64,000 nucleotides of DNA from the human T2T-CHM13v2.0 reference genome, Homo sapiens, in assembly GCF_009914755.1 (NCBI RefSeq), contig NC_060928.1. The stretch is one strand, 5' to 3'. Positions 16,271 to 34,489 of the stretch are shown here, in pieces. The translations under genes and the position numbers were made by a program. Under the pieces are notes generated by a model that searched no databases, had not been told where the DNA came from, and saw nothing but the letters and a program-made list of their open reading frames with translations. Position 1 is the stretch's first letter. Each line of letters starts with the position of its first letter.

Positions 16271-17536
16271 AGTAAACTATCGCAAGAAGAAAAAACCAAA
16301 TGCCGCATATTCTCACTCATAGGTGGGAATTGAACAATGAGAACAACACGGACACAGGAAGGGGAACATCACACTCTGGGGACTGTTGTGGGGTGGGGGT
16401 AGTGGGGAGGGATACCTTTAGGAGATATACCTCGTGCTAAATGACGAGTTAATGGGTGCAGCACACCAGCATGGCACATGTATACATATGTAACTAACCT
16501 GCACATTGTGCGCATGTACCCTAAAACTTAAAGTATAATAATAATAAAATAAAAAAATTTTTAAAAAATAAAGTTAAAGGGATATTATTATTATTATTTT
16601 TGTAAGTTAAACATTAGGATTAAAAAGCACAACAGAGTTTTCTAGAGCACTGATCTACTCTGTAACAGAAAATTGTAAAGGGTTTAAAAGGTTTATGAGA
16701 ATCTTACCTTATGGTCAAACTGGTTAAGATTGGGAAGATTTGTCTATAAAGTTTTATTAAGAATTGGGTTTGACATTAATACTACACTAATGCAAACGTG
16801 AAATGTGGCTTTCTCTCTTGAATAAGATTTTCATGTATTATTACAAGATAATGAAAGATTTTTATTTGCTTTTTAAATAAACTATAGGAAAAATAAGGGA
16901 GAGAAAAGTGACAGATCATTTGGAAACCCAAGTCTCCCCTATATCAATGAGTAAAAGTTTTTACCTTTTTGAAATCTTTGAGTTATCATTTTGGCTAAAT
17001 AAATGCTTTATGGTGACCTGGGATTCTATTTTGTAATATCAACTGTTTAAACCTTTTGTATTTGACAAACGTTCCAAACTGAAATTCTAATGTAAGTCTT
17101 TTTCTGACCTGATTAGTCCTTCTAGATATTAGGTCCCCTAAAGTCCAAAAGTGACATATTTGGCTTATTAGATATATTAAAATCATACAGGAAGCACTTT
17201 CAAATATAAAATGCTATTTGGCTTTCTTTGGACTATACTTATATAAATGTGTTATTGGTATATGTTCCAAAATTATGCAAAACTCCTATAATTCTGATAT
17301 GACTTAGTGTACATTATCAGTCATAATTATAGTTCTTATGTTACATTATTGTGTGCTACAGAGTTAACCAAATTTCTTTGTCAATTGCATCTTTAATCAG
17401 CTGTCCTAAGACTTTTGTCACCCACAGACAATTGTCTTGTTTTAATCCTTTTCAAAAGGTGGTTTATAATCAGCTATAGGACTCTGATGGGTACTCTAAA
17501 ATGCAAGCCTCTGATAACTTTGAAAATTGTGCCATT

Positions 17537-17942
<406 letters not shown>

Positions 17943-20433
17943 TCAGGCAAAACAAGAGTTAACAGCATGGACTAAACTAATAAAAGACCAAAACAATCTT
18001 TTAATGACTTTTTGCTTAAAACATTGCATATCCTTTCTGTTTTGCTTTTCAGAGTCAAGAAAACTTTTCCTTTGGAAAGTATTTACTGCTTTTAACAATT
18101 GAAAAAAGTATACTACTATGGACAAAATTTGGAGCATATGTCTTTCTTTTTACCTGATTTCTCCAGAATTTGAAAACTATTTGGGAGTATTCTTAACTAA
18201 TAGCAATATAGTTATTTGCCTAAGTGCAGTAAGAATCTTTTCTTTTGTAATAGGACACAATTAAAGAAACTGCTTATTTTATGAAGGCTTTGACTAGAAT
18301 GGTGTGCTTTCAGATACAAACAGACTGCTTTAAGGGATCAAAGTTGACTTATAGAGCCAATAAAAGCCACTATGGAAAACTGGCCTTATTCTTTGTCTAT
18401 GCAGTCTCTGTATGGGGTTCCTGACCTGTGGTAAGTGAAGAATGTCACTTTCTGACAGGCCCAGGAGCCCCAAGTTATCTTGGGACATCAAGAAGAAAGG
18501 AATGCACCCAACTTATACAGGTATTTGCAGGCACAGATAAATCTGTGGCTGGCTCAAGGCTTTAAGAAGCCTAATGTGAGATTCTTTTTAAATTAAATTT
18601 CCATCGAAACCAATTTTAACAAGAGCCTATGTGGCAAATAATTATTTTTGCTGCACTTTATACAAATAATCAGGCCAAATTTCATAAGATTAAAACTTTA
18701 TGGCAAACAAATTTGTCCCACTATGATTTGTCTTTGGTAAAAATGGAAGCTAGAGAGAGAATTTGTTTCAAAAACTATGATACACCAGTTATTAGATTCT
18801 AGTCTCGTCTGTTGTTTTTGAGTTTCTTCTGCAATTTAGGCAGACCCTGCTTATTCCTGAGAATCAACCAGTGATCTATGGCTGTTGCTCAGAAGAAATA
18901 AGAGGGATGGCTAACGTAAAGATCTGGATTAGTATTCTAATTCTAGGCATGTATTAGAATTGGCTAGTGACCCCATATCAGCTTGGTTTTAACAATTACC
19001 CAGTTCATGGAAAGCCTTCTTATTTAGTTTACTTGGGATAATTGTGCTGATTTTGTTTTACTGTTGTGGAATATATTGCTGTTGTCCTCTTTGTGTAGGA
19101 ATGCAGGAAAAGCTTACTTAACATTTTCTTAAATTGAACACTTATTAATCTTCCAGATTTCACCTTTTGTCAGAACTCAGAGTTATGATTTGTCCTCACT
19201 GTACTGACAACAGGCTCTGGTAGGGTGCAGAGGTCCTGGTAAACACACCCTCTGCTGGAAAACAGGGAGAAGTTTCCATCAGTGTAAGCCTGCACTTGGG
19301 TTGTCTGGGCTGAAGTTAGGAGACTGAGTAGAACATTTGCTGCAGAAAAAAAAGAAGATGTGTAATTTTCACAGTTAGAATTAACTTAGGAGAGCTGAAA
19401 TTAACTGAGCCTCGGAAATCTGAATCTTGAAGTCACCAGTGGCTTTTGGGACTGTGAGAGAGTCTCTTGTGGTCTTTAATCATGTGAGGGTGGGGTGAAA
19501 TTCAATATTCAGTGGTTCTGCAATGGGATGCACTGTGCAATTGGTGATTGAGAAGCCAACTCTCTGGCTTTAGGAGAAGAATGTCTTGCTGTTAGTCCTT
19601 CTGGAAATAGAGCCTTGCATTGCCTACTGTCTGTTTACACTACCTTTGCACATTGCCTTTGGTTATAGAGTCATGTCCAATGGCTCTTTACTTCTGTTTG
19701 CAGGGCAGGAGATGGCACCCTGTTAAAGAGAAAGGATAGTAGCTGCAAAGTCATTTGTTTCTCTGTTTCTGTGACTGTATATATTGGCTCATCTTTGAAT
19801 GGTCTTTATAGCCACACCAGGCTGGAGGTAACAGGGTCATGGGAGTGGACTGCTGGTGTGGGCTAAATCAGAGTTCAGATCCATGTCTCCAAGAGGTAGG
19901 AAGTGCAGGGCAAGTTATGTGGCTTCTGGGGCATCCCTCACTTTCTTAGTTAAAGAGAAGTTGAAGTAATCATTCTGAAATATTATGGGAGTCTGCAGAA
20001 AAAGTAATGAAAACCAAAGCACTTTCCATTAATCTCCATAATTTAGTCCTTACGATAATGTCACAGGGCAAGCAACCAATCAGACCTTACTAGTCGTGCT
20101 TCCTAGAAGAGACTGAGGTTCAGAGATTTGGACAGAGTGTCAGATATGGGATCAGTGGCTAGTCCAATGTGATTTCCATCCTTTCTTCTGAGAGAAAGCA
20201 TAAGAAGGCTAAGAGGATGGGGGTAAAGCACAAGTCACCTGCCTGAGAGTCAACAGAGCAGGGGTCTCTTTCTCAGTTTGTTTCTCTAAGTTATGGCAAA
20301 AGCTTTTTGAGCTGTGATTATTGAGAATGGGGGCTGAAGTTCAACACATAGTTGGCATGAGAGAAGTAATTATGATTGAAGAAATCTAGATGAAATCCAT
20401 TGTTCTTTTCTGTAAAGGGGTTGTTATCCCTGA

Positions 20434-20808
<375 letters not shown>

Positions 20809-22196
20809 TGACTTTTAGGTGAGCTCCAGAATAGCATTACTAATTAAGAATGAGCATTTAGAGTAGAAAAAGTGACAGGAACAGCAAGACTCACTTCCAG
20901 AAAGCCTCACTACAGGTCTAATAGGTGAGGAAAGTCCCCATCTTTCCCATTTTTCTTCATTACCTCCCTGTGGGGCAAGCACTGCCATTATGCATGAGTA
21001 AACTGTCTGAGTTATAGATAAGTAATGACATGAAACTTCACAAACAGGCCTAGATTTCTACCCAGGGAACCGCTGTTATCAGAGAAGGGAGTTTGGAATC
21101 TTAAGCAACAAACACATGTTGATTCTCAGTATTTGCCTCCTGATGGCTTGCTCAGAGAGCCTGTTTTCATTGCCCACTTTATATGTCAGTAAATAATCTT
21201 CCCTGGCAGTGGGTCCACCATGTCTGGATGCACACAGGGAAATCTGGTGGGGTCTGGCCAGTGAAAAACACTCCTCAGGTTTTGCAGGAAAAGCAGTGAA
21301 CCCTTCTTTTAAGCTCGAGAATGCTTTAAAGATGCATCATTGGCAAGCCTTGCCAAAGAAATACGGGATCTAAATGTGATAAAAGCCACGACGACATCAA
21401 GCTGGCTCTGGAGGTCTCCTTTGAAGTTTGCTGAGTGGATTGTCAGTGGGAGGCTGATATTTACATGTAGAAGCACACAAGTGTTACTGCTAATTGTGGT
21501 AAATCAGGCTGGCCAGCCTGGCTCTGGATCCCACTGTGCCTAACACCAGCCCTGCATCCCAGGCACATGCCGGGCTCCTCAGAAGCGATCAGCCAGCCAG
21601 CATTGTGTGAATTGCATTTGGGTTCACAGCACTGTAATTGTCCTTCTCCTGCTATGAGGAGCAGAGAGGGAAAAGGGAAGGGAGGGTTGTGTAATTTGCC
21701 CTAGGAAATTGTGGGGGAGGGACAGGCACTGGGCCGGGTGGGGGGCGGTGCGACATGGCTAAAACACTGACCTTCCCTTGAGAGAGACCATATGGTGAAG
21801 TGGAGAGGGCACAGCTTTTGCATCACACAGGCCTTGTATTAGAATTTTGGCTCTGACACCAGCTGTGTGACCTTGGGTCATTTGCGAAACCTCTCTGAGC
21901 CTCAACTGCCCCTTCTTAAAATCAGCTCTAAGTAACCACAGGGTTATTCTTCAGAAACACAGCATGCACATGCAAACTTTGGCTTAGTAAATAATGATTT
22001 CTTTTTGTTCTATCTACTCCACCTCCCTTTCCCATTAGAAGCTTGCTACCTTTCACTCTGTGTTTTCTTCCTCTCCCATTTTCCTGGTGGCATTCAATAA
22101 AGCAGAATTCTGATTTCTGCAATGTAGGCCACCTTAGAGCAAAATACATGATCAGGCACCACCAAATTAGGCTATTATCTACTGGATCCTGTTTAA

Positions 22197-22554
<358 letters not shown>

Positions 22555-22787
22555 TTCCCTCCTTTTTTTTTTAAAACAACAACAACAACAACAACAAACA
22601 GTTTATTCAGTAATTATGTATACGTATTTTAGCTTCCAAAGTCAGTGATGGAACAAATTGAGTCCTATTAGGCCCACTCCATTGCATGAGTTAGCATCAG
22701 AGGAGGTCAAACTAGAGTGACTTCATCTTGAATATGGGCTAGGTAAGAAGAGGATGAGGCCTGCTGGGCTGCATTCCCAGGAGGTTA

Positions 22788-23800
<1,013 letters not shown>

Positions 23801-24014
23801 CCCAAAAACCTAGGATGCAATGAAGAAGGAAGCCGAAACCCACCAAAACCAAGACGGTGATGAAAGTGACCTCTGGTCATCCTCACTACCCATTATATGC
23901 TAATTATAATGCATTAGCATGCTAAAAGATACCACCAGCACCATGACAGTTTACAAATGTTGTATTAATGACAGGAAGTTACCCTATATGGTGGAAAAAG
24001 GAAGGAACCTTCAG

Positions 24015-24044
24015 TTCTGGGAATTTCCTCCCTGTTTCTGGGAA
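24015..24044 (+). promoter_or_regulatory. Tandem GAS (STAT) motifs in the MER41 LTR
   Basis: TTCTGGGAA at 24015-24023 and at 24036-24044. Confidence 0.6.
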
Positions 24045-25522
24045 AATCATGAATAATGCACCCTTAGTTTAGCATATAATCAAGAAATAACCATAAGTAT
24101 ACTCAGTTAAGCAGCGTGGCTGTTCTGCCTATGGAGTAGCCACCCTTTTTTATTCCTTTATTTTCTTAATAAATTTGCTTGAATTCCTTCCTGGGTAAAG
24201 CCAAGAACCCATGTGGCCTCCCATGGTGATCTCCAATTTTGGGATTCACCATGTGACATTAGGAGCAACTTAGGGATCTGGTGCATCCCAGGCCAAGACT
24301 AACATGGTGATTTTTGGGGGGTTATGTTAAAACTGGGGGCTCTGCCCAGGCCCCTCAGTGTGGCTTCTTGAGTCAATACCTGGGTACTTACTGGCCCTAG
24401 CACCTACAAGTTCATTCACAGTTCCTTCTCACTGACTTCACCAGTGACCACTATCAGTGACTTCAAGGGAGAAATGAGGGGGGAGATAAAATAAAGTGAA
24501 TGGGGAAGAGATAAAGAAGAGAGGTCTTTTCACAGTTTGCCAGAATAGTCCCTTCAGTGGTTTTACCCCAGGGCAACAGGAGCCCCCTTTTAGTTTCTTT
24601 CTCTTTTAATTTTCTTTTCCCTTCCCACTTTTTGCCCACTTTTTGCCTTATTTGTGTCTGACTCAATTTCCGTCTCTTTCTCTACTTCTTCATTCCCAGA
24701 TTTGGCTGTAGAAAATTAGAAAGTTCTTGAACTTGGTTTGCACGGGTGCTTTTACTTTAACATGAAAATGAATGATCAGCCTCCTTCTAATTTCATCCTA
24801 GAGTCTACTGCATCCCTCCTACCCCCTGCACAGGAATTTAGTCACACTTATCTCTCCCACTTTCTCTCCCTTCTTCACTTTCTCTATTGCTCCTCCTTTC
24901 ATGCTTGTACCTGCTTTTCCATGCCCTGTTTAGCCTGGCTTGGGATCCAGCAGGTTCTCCAAGGGTTCCTGCAAGAACCCCGGCTGGGTGCCCAGGTCTG
25001 AGCCTGGTATGTGCCTCAGTATCACAAAGGCCTCCTGTAAATGACACACATTGTTGGAAGTTTCAGAAATTCTAGGTCAAAATGGCACTGAAATATTAAG
25101 GTATTTACCCCAACCCAAGCAACTTTTCTAAAAGTTGTAGAGAGTGTGACCTCTTTATTAATTGAAACGTGAAAATCAGCTCTAGTTTGGAAGCTGAGAA
25201 AAAATATATATATATGTATTTATTTCTTTGTTGTTTGAATTCTTAATATAAATGGTTTAAAGGACCATTGAAAACTGCATGCAATCACAGAAGGTTTTGG
25301 CTTCAGGCAGCTCCCGCCATGATCTTGGGGCCCCATTGATTCTTTCATCTTTCAGGCGTCTTACTGTTTGAACCTTGAATTTTAACCTGGGACATGTTTG
25401 ACTAAAATGATGCTGTTAATATTTTCTGTTGTGCAAAACACAAAGAGAACTAGGCTCCAGGGTTGTTTCTATTTGCTAATGCTGTTTCTGTTGACTTTTG
25501 ACTTTTCTAGTTTCCCAGAGCT

Positions 25523-25571
25523 ATGGGGACTTCCCATCCGGCGTTCCTGGTCTTAGGCTGTCTTCTCACAG
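25523..25571 (+). CDS. PDGFRA: PDGFRA exon 2 (exon starts 25511); start codon and signal peptide
   Basis: MGTSHPAFLVLGCLLT; AG/GT boundaries; 49 coding nt. Confidence 0.98.
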
Positions 25572-25605
25572 GTACGGAGCCCAGTCCTCTCTGAGTTCCT
25601 TGTTT

Positions 25606-25771
25606 GGGTGTCTTGTTTTTTTAAGCTTTGTGCTGCATGGGTTTTTTACCAGTACTCTGCATACACAGTCCAAAAGAGTGAAAAGAAATAGAAAACTATA
25701 GGACGTTATCCAGAATGACCACAAACCTTCAGTTCCCTTTGCTGTATTGCACTTACTCCATTTCAAAAGGA
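25606..25771 (+). repeat. ~165-bp local duplication, copy 1
   Basis: Matches 26644-26807. Confidence 0.9.
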
Positions 25772-26643
25772 ATGCTCTCCAGTGGCAGTTTTAGTACATA
25801 TATAATGTTGGCATTGAAATGTTGTTAGTAATAATGTCTAAATTTACTTACTACTCTCTTCCTTTTCCTAGGACAAGGCTTCTATTAGAGCTGGATTAGA
25901 TAAATTCAGGAATGGTCAGCTGTGGGAGGTGGCACATCTGTTGTCCCAGCCCCTTGAGCAGCTGAGGTGGGATGATCCCTTAAGGCCAGGAGTTCAAGGT
26001 TGCAGTGCACTGTGATTATGCCTGTGACTAGCCACCACACTCCAGCAACATAGCAAGACCTCATTTAAAAAAAATGTTCAAAGGAAATAAATAATAGAAA
26101 ATTCTTGCCCAAGAAATCATACTTGTCTTAAATCATAACTCTCTTGAGGAAAGATGCTTACATTGCTTCTAAATCTCAGAGTCACCTTTATCTTCTCTAG
26201 GAATCAAATTGATAGATGAATGTTTGGCTCTTGGAAAATCTTAAAAACTTTCCCACCAAAAGGATCATTGGGGTAATTTGTTGAAGTGTGTATTGGACTG
26301 TCTTAGTTTTCCTCCAGATATTTATGCACTGCAGATGTTCGCCATGAAACCAGTGCTCTTCTATTCTGAGGAGTTAGCTCAGCCCGTTAGTGTCTTTGTC
26401 TTACCCATTTGGATATGGTAGAATTGAGCAAGACCAGAGATTCAACAGTTCTAAGCTCCACTAAGTATACCCCATCTACAGAGTAATAGGTGATCCAGAT
26501 GTACTTACAAATCCTATCTTAACAAGCTTTAGGAATTATAGTGGTCATATATTGAAGTTGGGTGGGAGTCTCACACCAGGTTCCAAGGGAGATTACAAAT
26601 CACTAATTAATAATTAAGTCATAATATCTCTTCTATCAGTCTC

Positions 26644-26807
26644 GGGTTTCTTGTTTTCTAAGTTCTGTGCTCCATGGGTTTATTATCTGTACTCTGCTTA
26701 CACAGTCCAAAAGAGTGAAAAGAAATAGAAAACTACAGGACGTTATCCAGAATGACCACAAACCTTCAGTTCCTTTGCTGCATTGCACTTACTCTATTGC
26801 AAAAGGA
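26644..26807 (+). repeat. ~165-bp local duplication, copy 2
   Basis: Matches 25606-25771. Confidence 0.9.
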
Positions 26808-26925
26808 GTAAGTGCAATTTCAGTCTAAATAAGCGAGACTGAAATTTGAGCTTCGAAGATGAACTTAGAGTTTTCACTCTTGGGTTTTACTTACCAATTG
26901 TGAATTAAAATCCGTATCATCTGGC

Positions 26926-26997
26926 ACCACTGCACTCCAGCCTGGGTGACAGAGCAAGACTCCATCTCATAAAAATAAAGAAATAAATAAACAAATA
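26926..26997 (+). mobile_element. 5'-truncated Alu (3' end only)
   Basis: CACCACTGCACTCCAGCCTGGG...A tail; TSD-like AAATCCGTATCATC / AAATCCACATCATC. Confidence 0.8.
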
Positions 26998-27151
26998 AAT
27001 CCACATCATCCTGCTTTGGCCCTGGAAGTCATGAGGGAGAGACGGCATGCCCGAGGGCTATAAGAAATGGAAGATGTGGAATTCTTGAGCACAGATGTGC
27101 TTTGTGTTTTCTTCAGTCTGTGTCCTTGCCTCCATTCTTATTCCATGTGGG

Positions 27152-27476
<325 letters not shown>

Positions 27477-27813
27477 TAAAGGAAACCTTTGCAGTGATTG
27501 TGAACCATAAAGAACCCATATGTGCTTGAGCCCGTGCCATCTTGGGATATTTTATGGTTACACATAAGAGTCTGAAATATGGAATTGGAATCAGACATCC
27601 TCTGTCTATTTGAGTGTTTGGAGGGGTGAATCTAGTGGGGCTTGGTGGAGCTATTTGGAACATTTGCTGCTCTCAGCAGATGCAGTGGCTGTTATAATGG
27701 GGGAGCTTTCATGGGCATCCAGGCTAACGGATTTTTGTGTAGAAATGGTCATTGTTCATCTAAGCTGCTACTGTTGCTTCTCTCAGTTGTCGGGATGAGA
27801 CTGTCCTTTCTGA

Positions 27814-28218
<405 letters not shown>

Positions 28219-28642
28219 TAAATGTACTAAGGTTTTAAACATATATATAAATAATTAATATTTATTGCGGGAAGTTTGAAAAATGTAAGCGAACACACAC
28301 AAAAATCATTTGTAATATTATCAAGAAATATTCATTGTTAGCATTTCAGAGCTGTATTAAGTTTGGAAAGTCATCTTTGTTATGACATGTCCTGTATTGA
28401 TACTGTATAAACAATCTGAAATATACTCATCTCTATTCAGTTCATTCAAGTTGCACACATACTCACAGTGTGTCCAGCACTGGGCTAAGTGTTGAGTACA
28501 CAAAAATTAATAGGTAAGCCCTGTCTTGGAGTTGCTGATAGTTCATTATAATATCTTCCAAATAAACACTCGATTTTTCAGATTCACTATCAACATACAT
28601 TTATTCTTGGAGAGTTGGAAGGAATTTTCTTTTTCCTTTTAA

Positions 28643-29113
<471 letters not shown>

Positions 29114-29959
29114 TACTCCTGCATTTTAATTAAAAGGACAAAAGGGTCGAGCACAAGTGATGGCAATTTCAGTATGCAGTTGGGTAAATTAAAAAGGACT
29201 ATGGCTAGAATCCTTGGTTTTAGAACAAAACCTAAACTGTTTATGATTCTTGCCATCCTTGCTGTTTTGGCATAGGTGTGTCTTCCTACCTTTCTGCCTT
29301 TTCTTTTTCAGTTTTTAATGGGCTCCTCTTCCTACCCTCTATAACTACGAGTGTCCCCAGGGATCTAGACCCTCTTTACTTTTTCATGATACTCTTATTC
29401 ATATGAACCTTCCTTCTTAACAATTAAAAAAAACCAAAAACTTTGTTTTGAAAAGGGAAGGTATTTAGAATGTCACTCCAACTTCATTCACACTTAGATT
29501 CCTTCAGGAAAATCCTCTAGGTGTGGAGGGATTTTCCCCTGCTGTGAAGAGAATGGTAGGAACGTGAATGTGTTAAAGGCACACGAGTCCCTGAAGTTTT
29601 AATCCGTGTAAGATTGTCCAAAAATTCTTCTTGTTCCAGCACAGATGCCATCCAAGTAGCCCCTGCATCGCTGTCTGACTGAGATCTTTTTATTCGCAAT
29701 CATGCAGACGTAGGGGCCCTTTCTGCAGCTGATGTTTGAGACTGTTAGAACTTCTTACCACCGTAGCTTAAGTAGCTGTTTTTCTTTTGGAAAGGAAATT
29801 CTCAGGCTCCTTCTCCTTCTTTAAATTTTATGTATTTCTCAAAGGATTACTTTTTAATAAACAGATTTCTATGCTATTTTTGAATCATACTGACTATAGG
29901 TGGTAAGAGTTTTTAAAAGCATTTCATAATAAAACTCGAAATATTTTTTCCTGTTTTAA

Positions 29960-30403
<444 letters not shown>

Positions 30404-30406
30404 TAA

Positions 30407-30700
<294 letters not shown>

Positions 30701-31583
30701 TAAATAAGAGTAACAGGCAAAATCATAAGGTGCGTGTAGGATTTTTTTTTTTTTTTAAATCATCATCACTGGTGATCCTAAATTCTGATTTGGGGATTTA
30801 GGACCCCAGCTAATACAATGTCTGTGGCTATAATAATAAGCTTAAAATTACTAAAGGCCAAAGCTTGATTACCCATGCAAGATTTCATGTTTCATCAGTT
30901 GACTTCAAAATACTGTAAGGAATTCTTTTCTTACATAAGCCTCTTACTTTCATTCACATTCCTGACTATGGCGGCCCTAAAAACAAACATACACCCAGGG
31001 GGTTAGATGCCTAGATTAATTTTAGTAACTTAAGAAAAGTGATTTGAAGAAAGTAGTTTAGACTTCAACCCTTTGATGTCCACAGTTAGTACGCTTGGGG
31101 AAGTATAATACATGCTGAGGTCAACAGATATTTCCTGAACACTATATTACATGGAGGAATGGGTAGCAGCAAGAGTACACTGTTTTAAAATCAGAGCACA
31201 GCTAATTTTGTGCCAGGCACTGTGCTAGGTTCTGGGAAAGTACTGAGAATAACTGAGGAGCAGAGTGGAAGAGAAGAAGAGAAGAAACAATTGGATAGAA
31301 ACAAAGTGTCTAGAGCAGTGTGGATCAGCAAATGTTGGTTGATTAAATGAATAAATTTATTAGTCAAGGAGATTGTGGACGAGTATAACCATAACTAACC
31401 CACTGCTGAGGAATGCGGTGTTCTGTTTGATTGGAATTTATTTTTATTGTTATTATTTTGTAATTCTGTATTATAACTATATGCCTAATTGTTGTACACC
31501 ATCTCACAATCAAGCCTTGTGAGATTTTCCAAATTTTATCTTGATCAAACTGGTTTGCAAATTATTTTTCAGGGTTTTCTTAA

Positions 31584-31859
<276 letters not shown>

Positions 31860-33134
31860 TGAGCTCGGTCTGTCACTGATGGGCACATCACTGAGTTTCT
31901 CTAGACCTTAGCTTCCCACCTCTGGGATGAACACATTTGATTAAATGGCCTTTAGGACTCCTTGATCAATGGGAGAGTTTGAAATGATAGTTCCTGGACC
32001 AGGCCCTTCAGAATACATAAAGAGTGTGCCGTAAGCCTTCTTTTTCAGAAGTCAGACAGAAATAGGAAGGTTCTCTGGCTACAAGATATCAACCAAAAAA
32101 TTAGAAGAGCAAAAAAACCACTGGATTTTACTATTGCGGAGACAGTGATTGATTCTCATCGTCTTGGCTTCTGTGCCCTGAGGTTTGATTCATCTGATAG
32201 TGTTGATTGCCCGCACCCCTTCCTCTTCTGCCTTGTTGGCACCCAGGACAATGTGTCTTCCTGTTCCACCTCCTATGTGCCTGACCTTTGCATGGCTCAC
32301 CTTCAGTGAACCGTTATGATGTAATCATTCAGCAAAGGTTTAATGAAGTTTGCTCAATCCCAAGCACTGTACCAGAAGCTGGTTCAGTATTGCAGGAAGA
32401 AGGGAGGAGGGGAGATGGAAGTGGGGAAGGGGAGCCACCATGCTGCCTCTTGGTCACTGGAGATTTACAGAGTCTCAGTCATTCTAATGCATTGTCACTA
32501 AGTGTGTAAGACAGCCATGTGTAAGAGGCTATGAATGCCCAAATGCAGGAATGACTAATATTCTTATGGAGAACAAAAACGAGATATATATATTTCTTGC
32601 CTCCACTCCTGACTTGTAAATTTCTGCTCCCTGTTCTTTTAGGCATTTGACAGCTTTCTGTCCTTCTATCCATTGATCTCCCTCCTTTTATCCGTTTCTC
32701 TCTCCCATGCATTTGCCGCTGCTTTTCATTTGTCCTGGGGCATCTGATAGGAAGTTGGGCATTTTCACTATTGCCTCACAAACTTCACACAGTGAAGGGA
32801 CATTTACAGTCCAACAAATGTACATCTTCCCTGAAATATGAAGTGATTTGGTTCTTCTGTTCATACTTGATTGACTTTAATCCTTAACACATAAACACTG
32901 CTTTCTATTTATAGGAGACAGCAATTTTTTTTTCCAAACCGAAGTACATGCTATTTGGCTTACAAATATATAATCAAAGTATTGTTTCATACAGTATGTT
33001 TTTTCCGATTATAAAAGTAATGCAGGTTTATTGCAGAAACTTTGTAAAATATGGAGAGACAAAGGAAAGGCTACTTCCCAGAGCATCACTGTTTATATTT
33101 TAGGGAGATAAAGCTTTTATTTTTCATTTGTATT

Positions 33135-33290
33135 TCTTTCTTTTTTTTTTCTTTTTTCTTTTTTTTTTTTGTTGTGGAGATGAGGATCTCACTACATTGC
33201 CCAGGCTGGTCTCAAACTCCTGGGCTTAAGTGATCCTCCCACCTTGGCCTTTCAAAGTGTTGGGATTGATTACACATGTGAGCCTCTGAG
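33135..33290 (-). mobile_element. Alu monomer (FLAM-like)
   Basis: T-rich tail plus antisense left arm. Confidence 0.8.
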
Positions 33291-33445
33291 CTTGACTGAG
33301 ATAAAGCTCTTAAGTATTTCTTATCCATAGATAAACATTGAATAATAGGTGTTATTCTTTAAATGGTAATTTATTACATTCTTTATCCTTCAGCAGTATA
33401 GCACAAACACCTTATATGTGTCATTAACTGTCCTTTTAAAAAATG

Positions 33446-33755
33446 GGCTGGGTGTGGTGGCTCATGCCTGTAATCCCAGTACTTTGGGAGGCTGAGGCAG
33501 GAGAGTCACTTGAGGCCAGGAGTTTGAGATCAGCCTGGGCAATGTATCAAGACTCCGTCTCTACAAAAATTTTTAAAAATTAGCCAGGTGTGGTGGCATG
33601 AGCCTGTAGCCCCAGCTACTCAGGAGACTGAGGTGGGAGGATCACTTGAACCCAGGAGGTTGGGGCTGCAGTGAGCCATGATTGTGCCACTGCACTCCAG
33701 CCTGGGCAGCAGAGTGAGATTCTGTCTCTAAAAAAATTAAAAACAAAATAAAAAA
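33446..33755 (+). mobile_element. AluJ-like element
   Basis: Dimeric Alu with A tail. Confidence 0.9.
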
Positions 33756-33779
33756 TCTCATGATTTTCTAAGCAGCTAG

Positions 33780-33985
33780 CTTTTATTCTTTAGGTTTTAT
33801 CTTTTAGAGCAGTTTTAGGTTTACAGCAAAATTGAGAGGTACAGAGATTTCCCATGTGTTCCCTACACCCACACATGTGTAGCCTCCCACCTTGTCAACA
33901 TCCCTACCATCCATTTGTTATAACTGCTGAACCTCCATTGACACATCCATATCATCCAGAGTCCATAGTTTATCTTAGAGTTCAC
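33780..33985 (-). mobile_element. Old L1M 3'-end fragment
   Basis: TTTTAGAGCAGTTTTAGGTTTACAGCAAAATTGAG resembles an antisense L1M 3' end. Confidence 0.55.
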
Positions 33986-34035
33986 TCCTAGGAGCGAGCT
34001 TTTTAAAAGTCGGTTTTCTTCCCCTTTTGCTGTAG

Positions 34036-34489
<454 letters not shown>

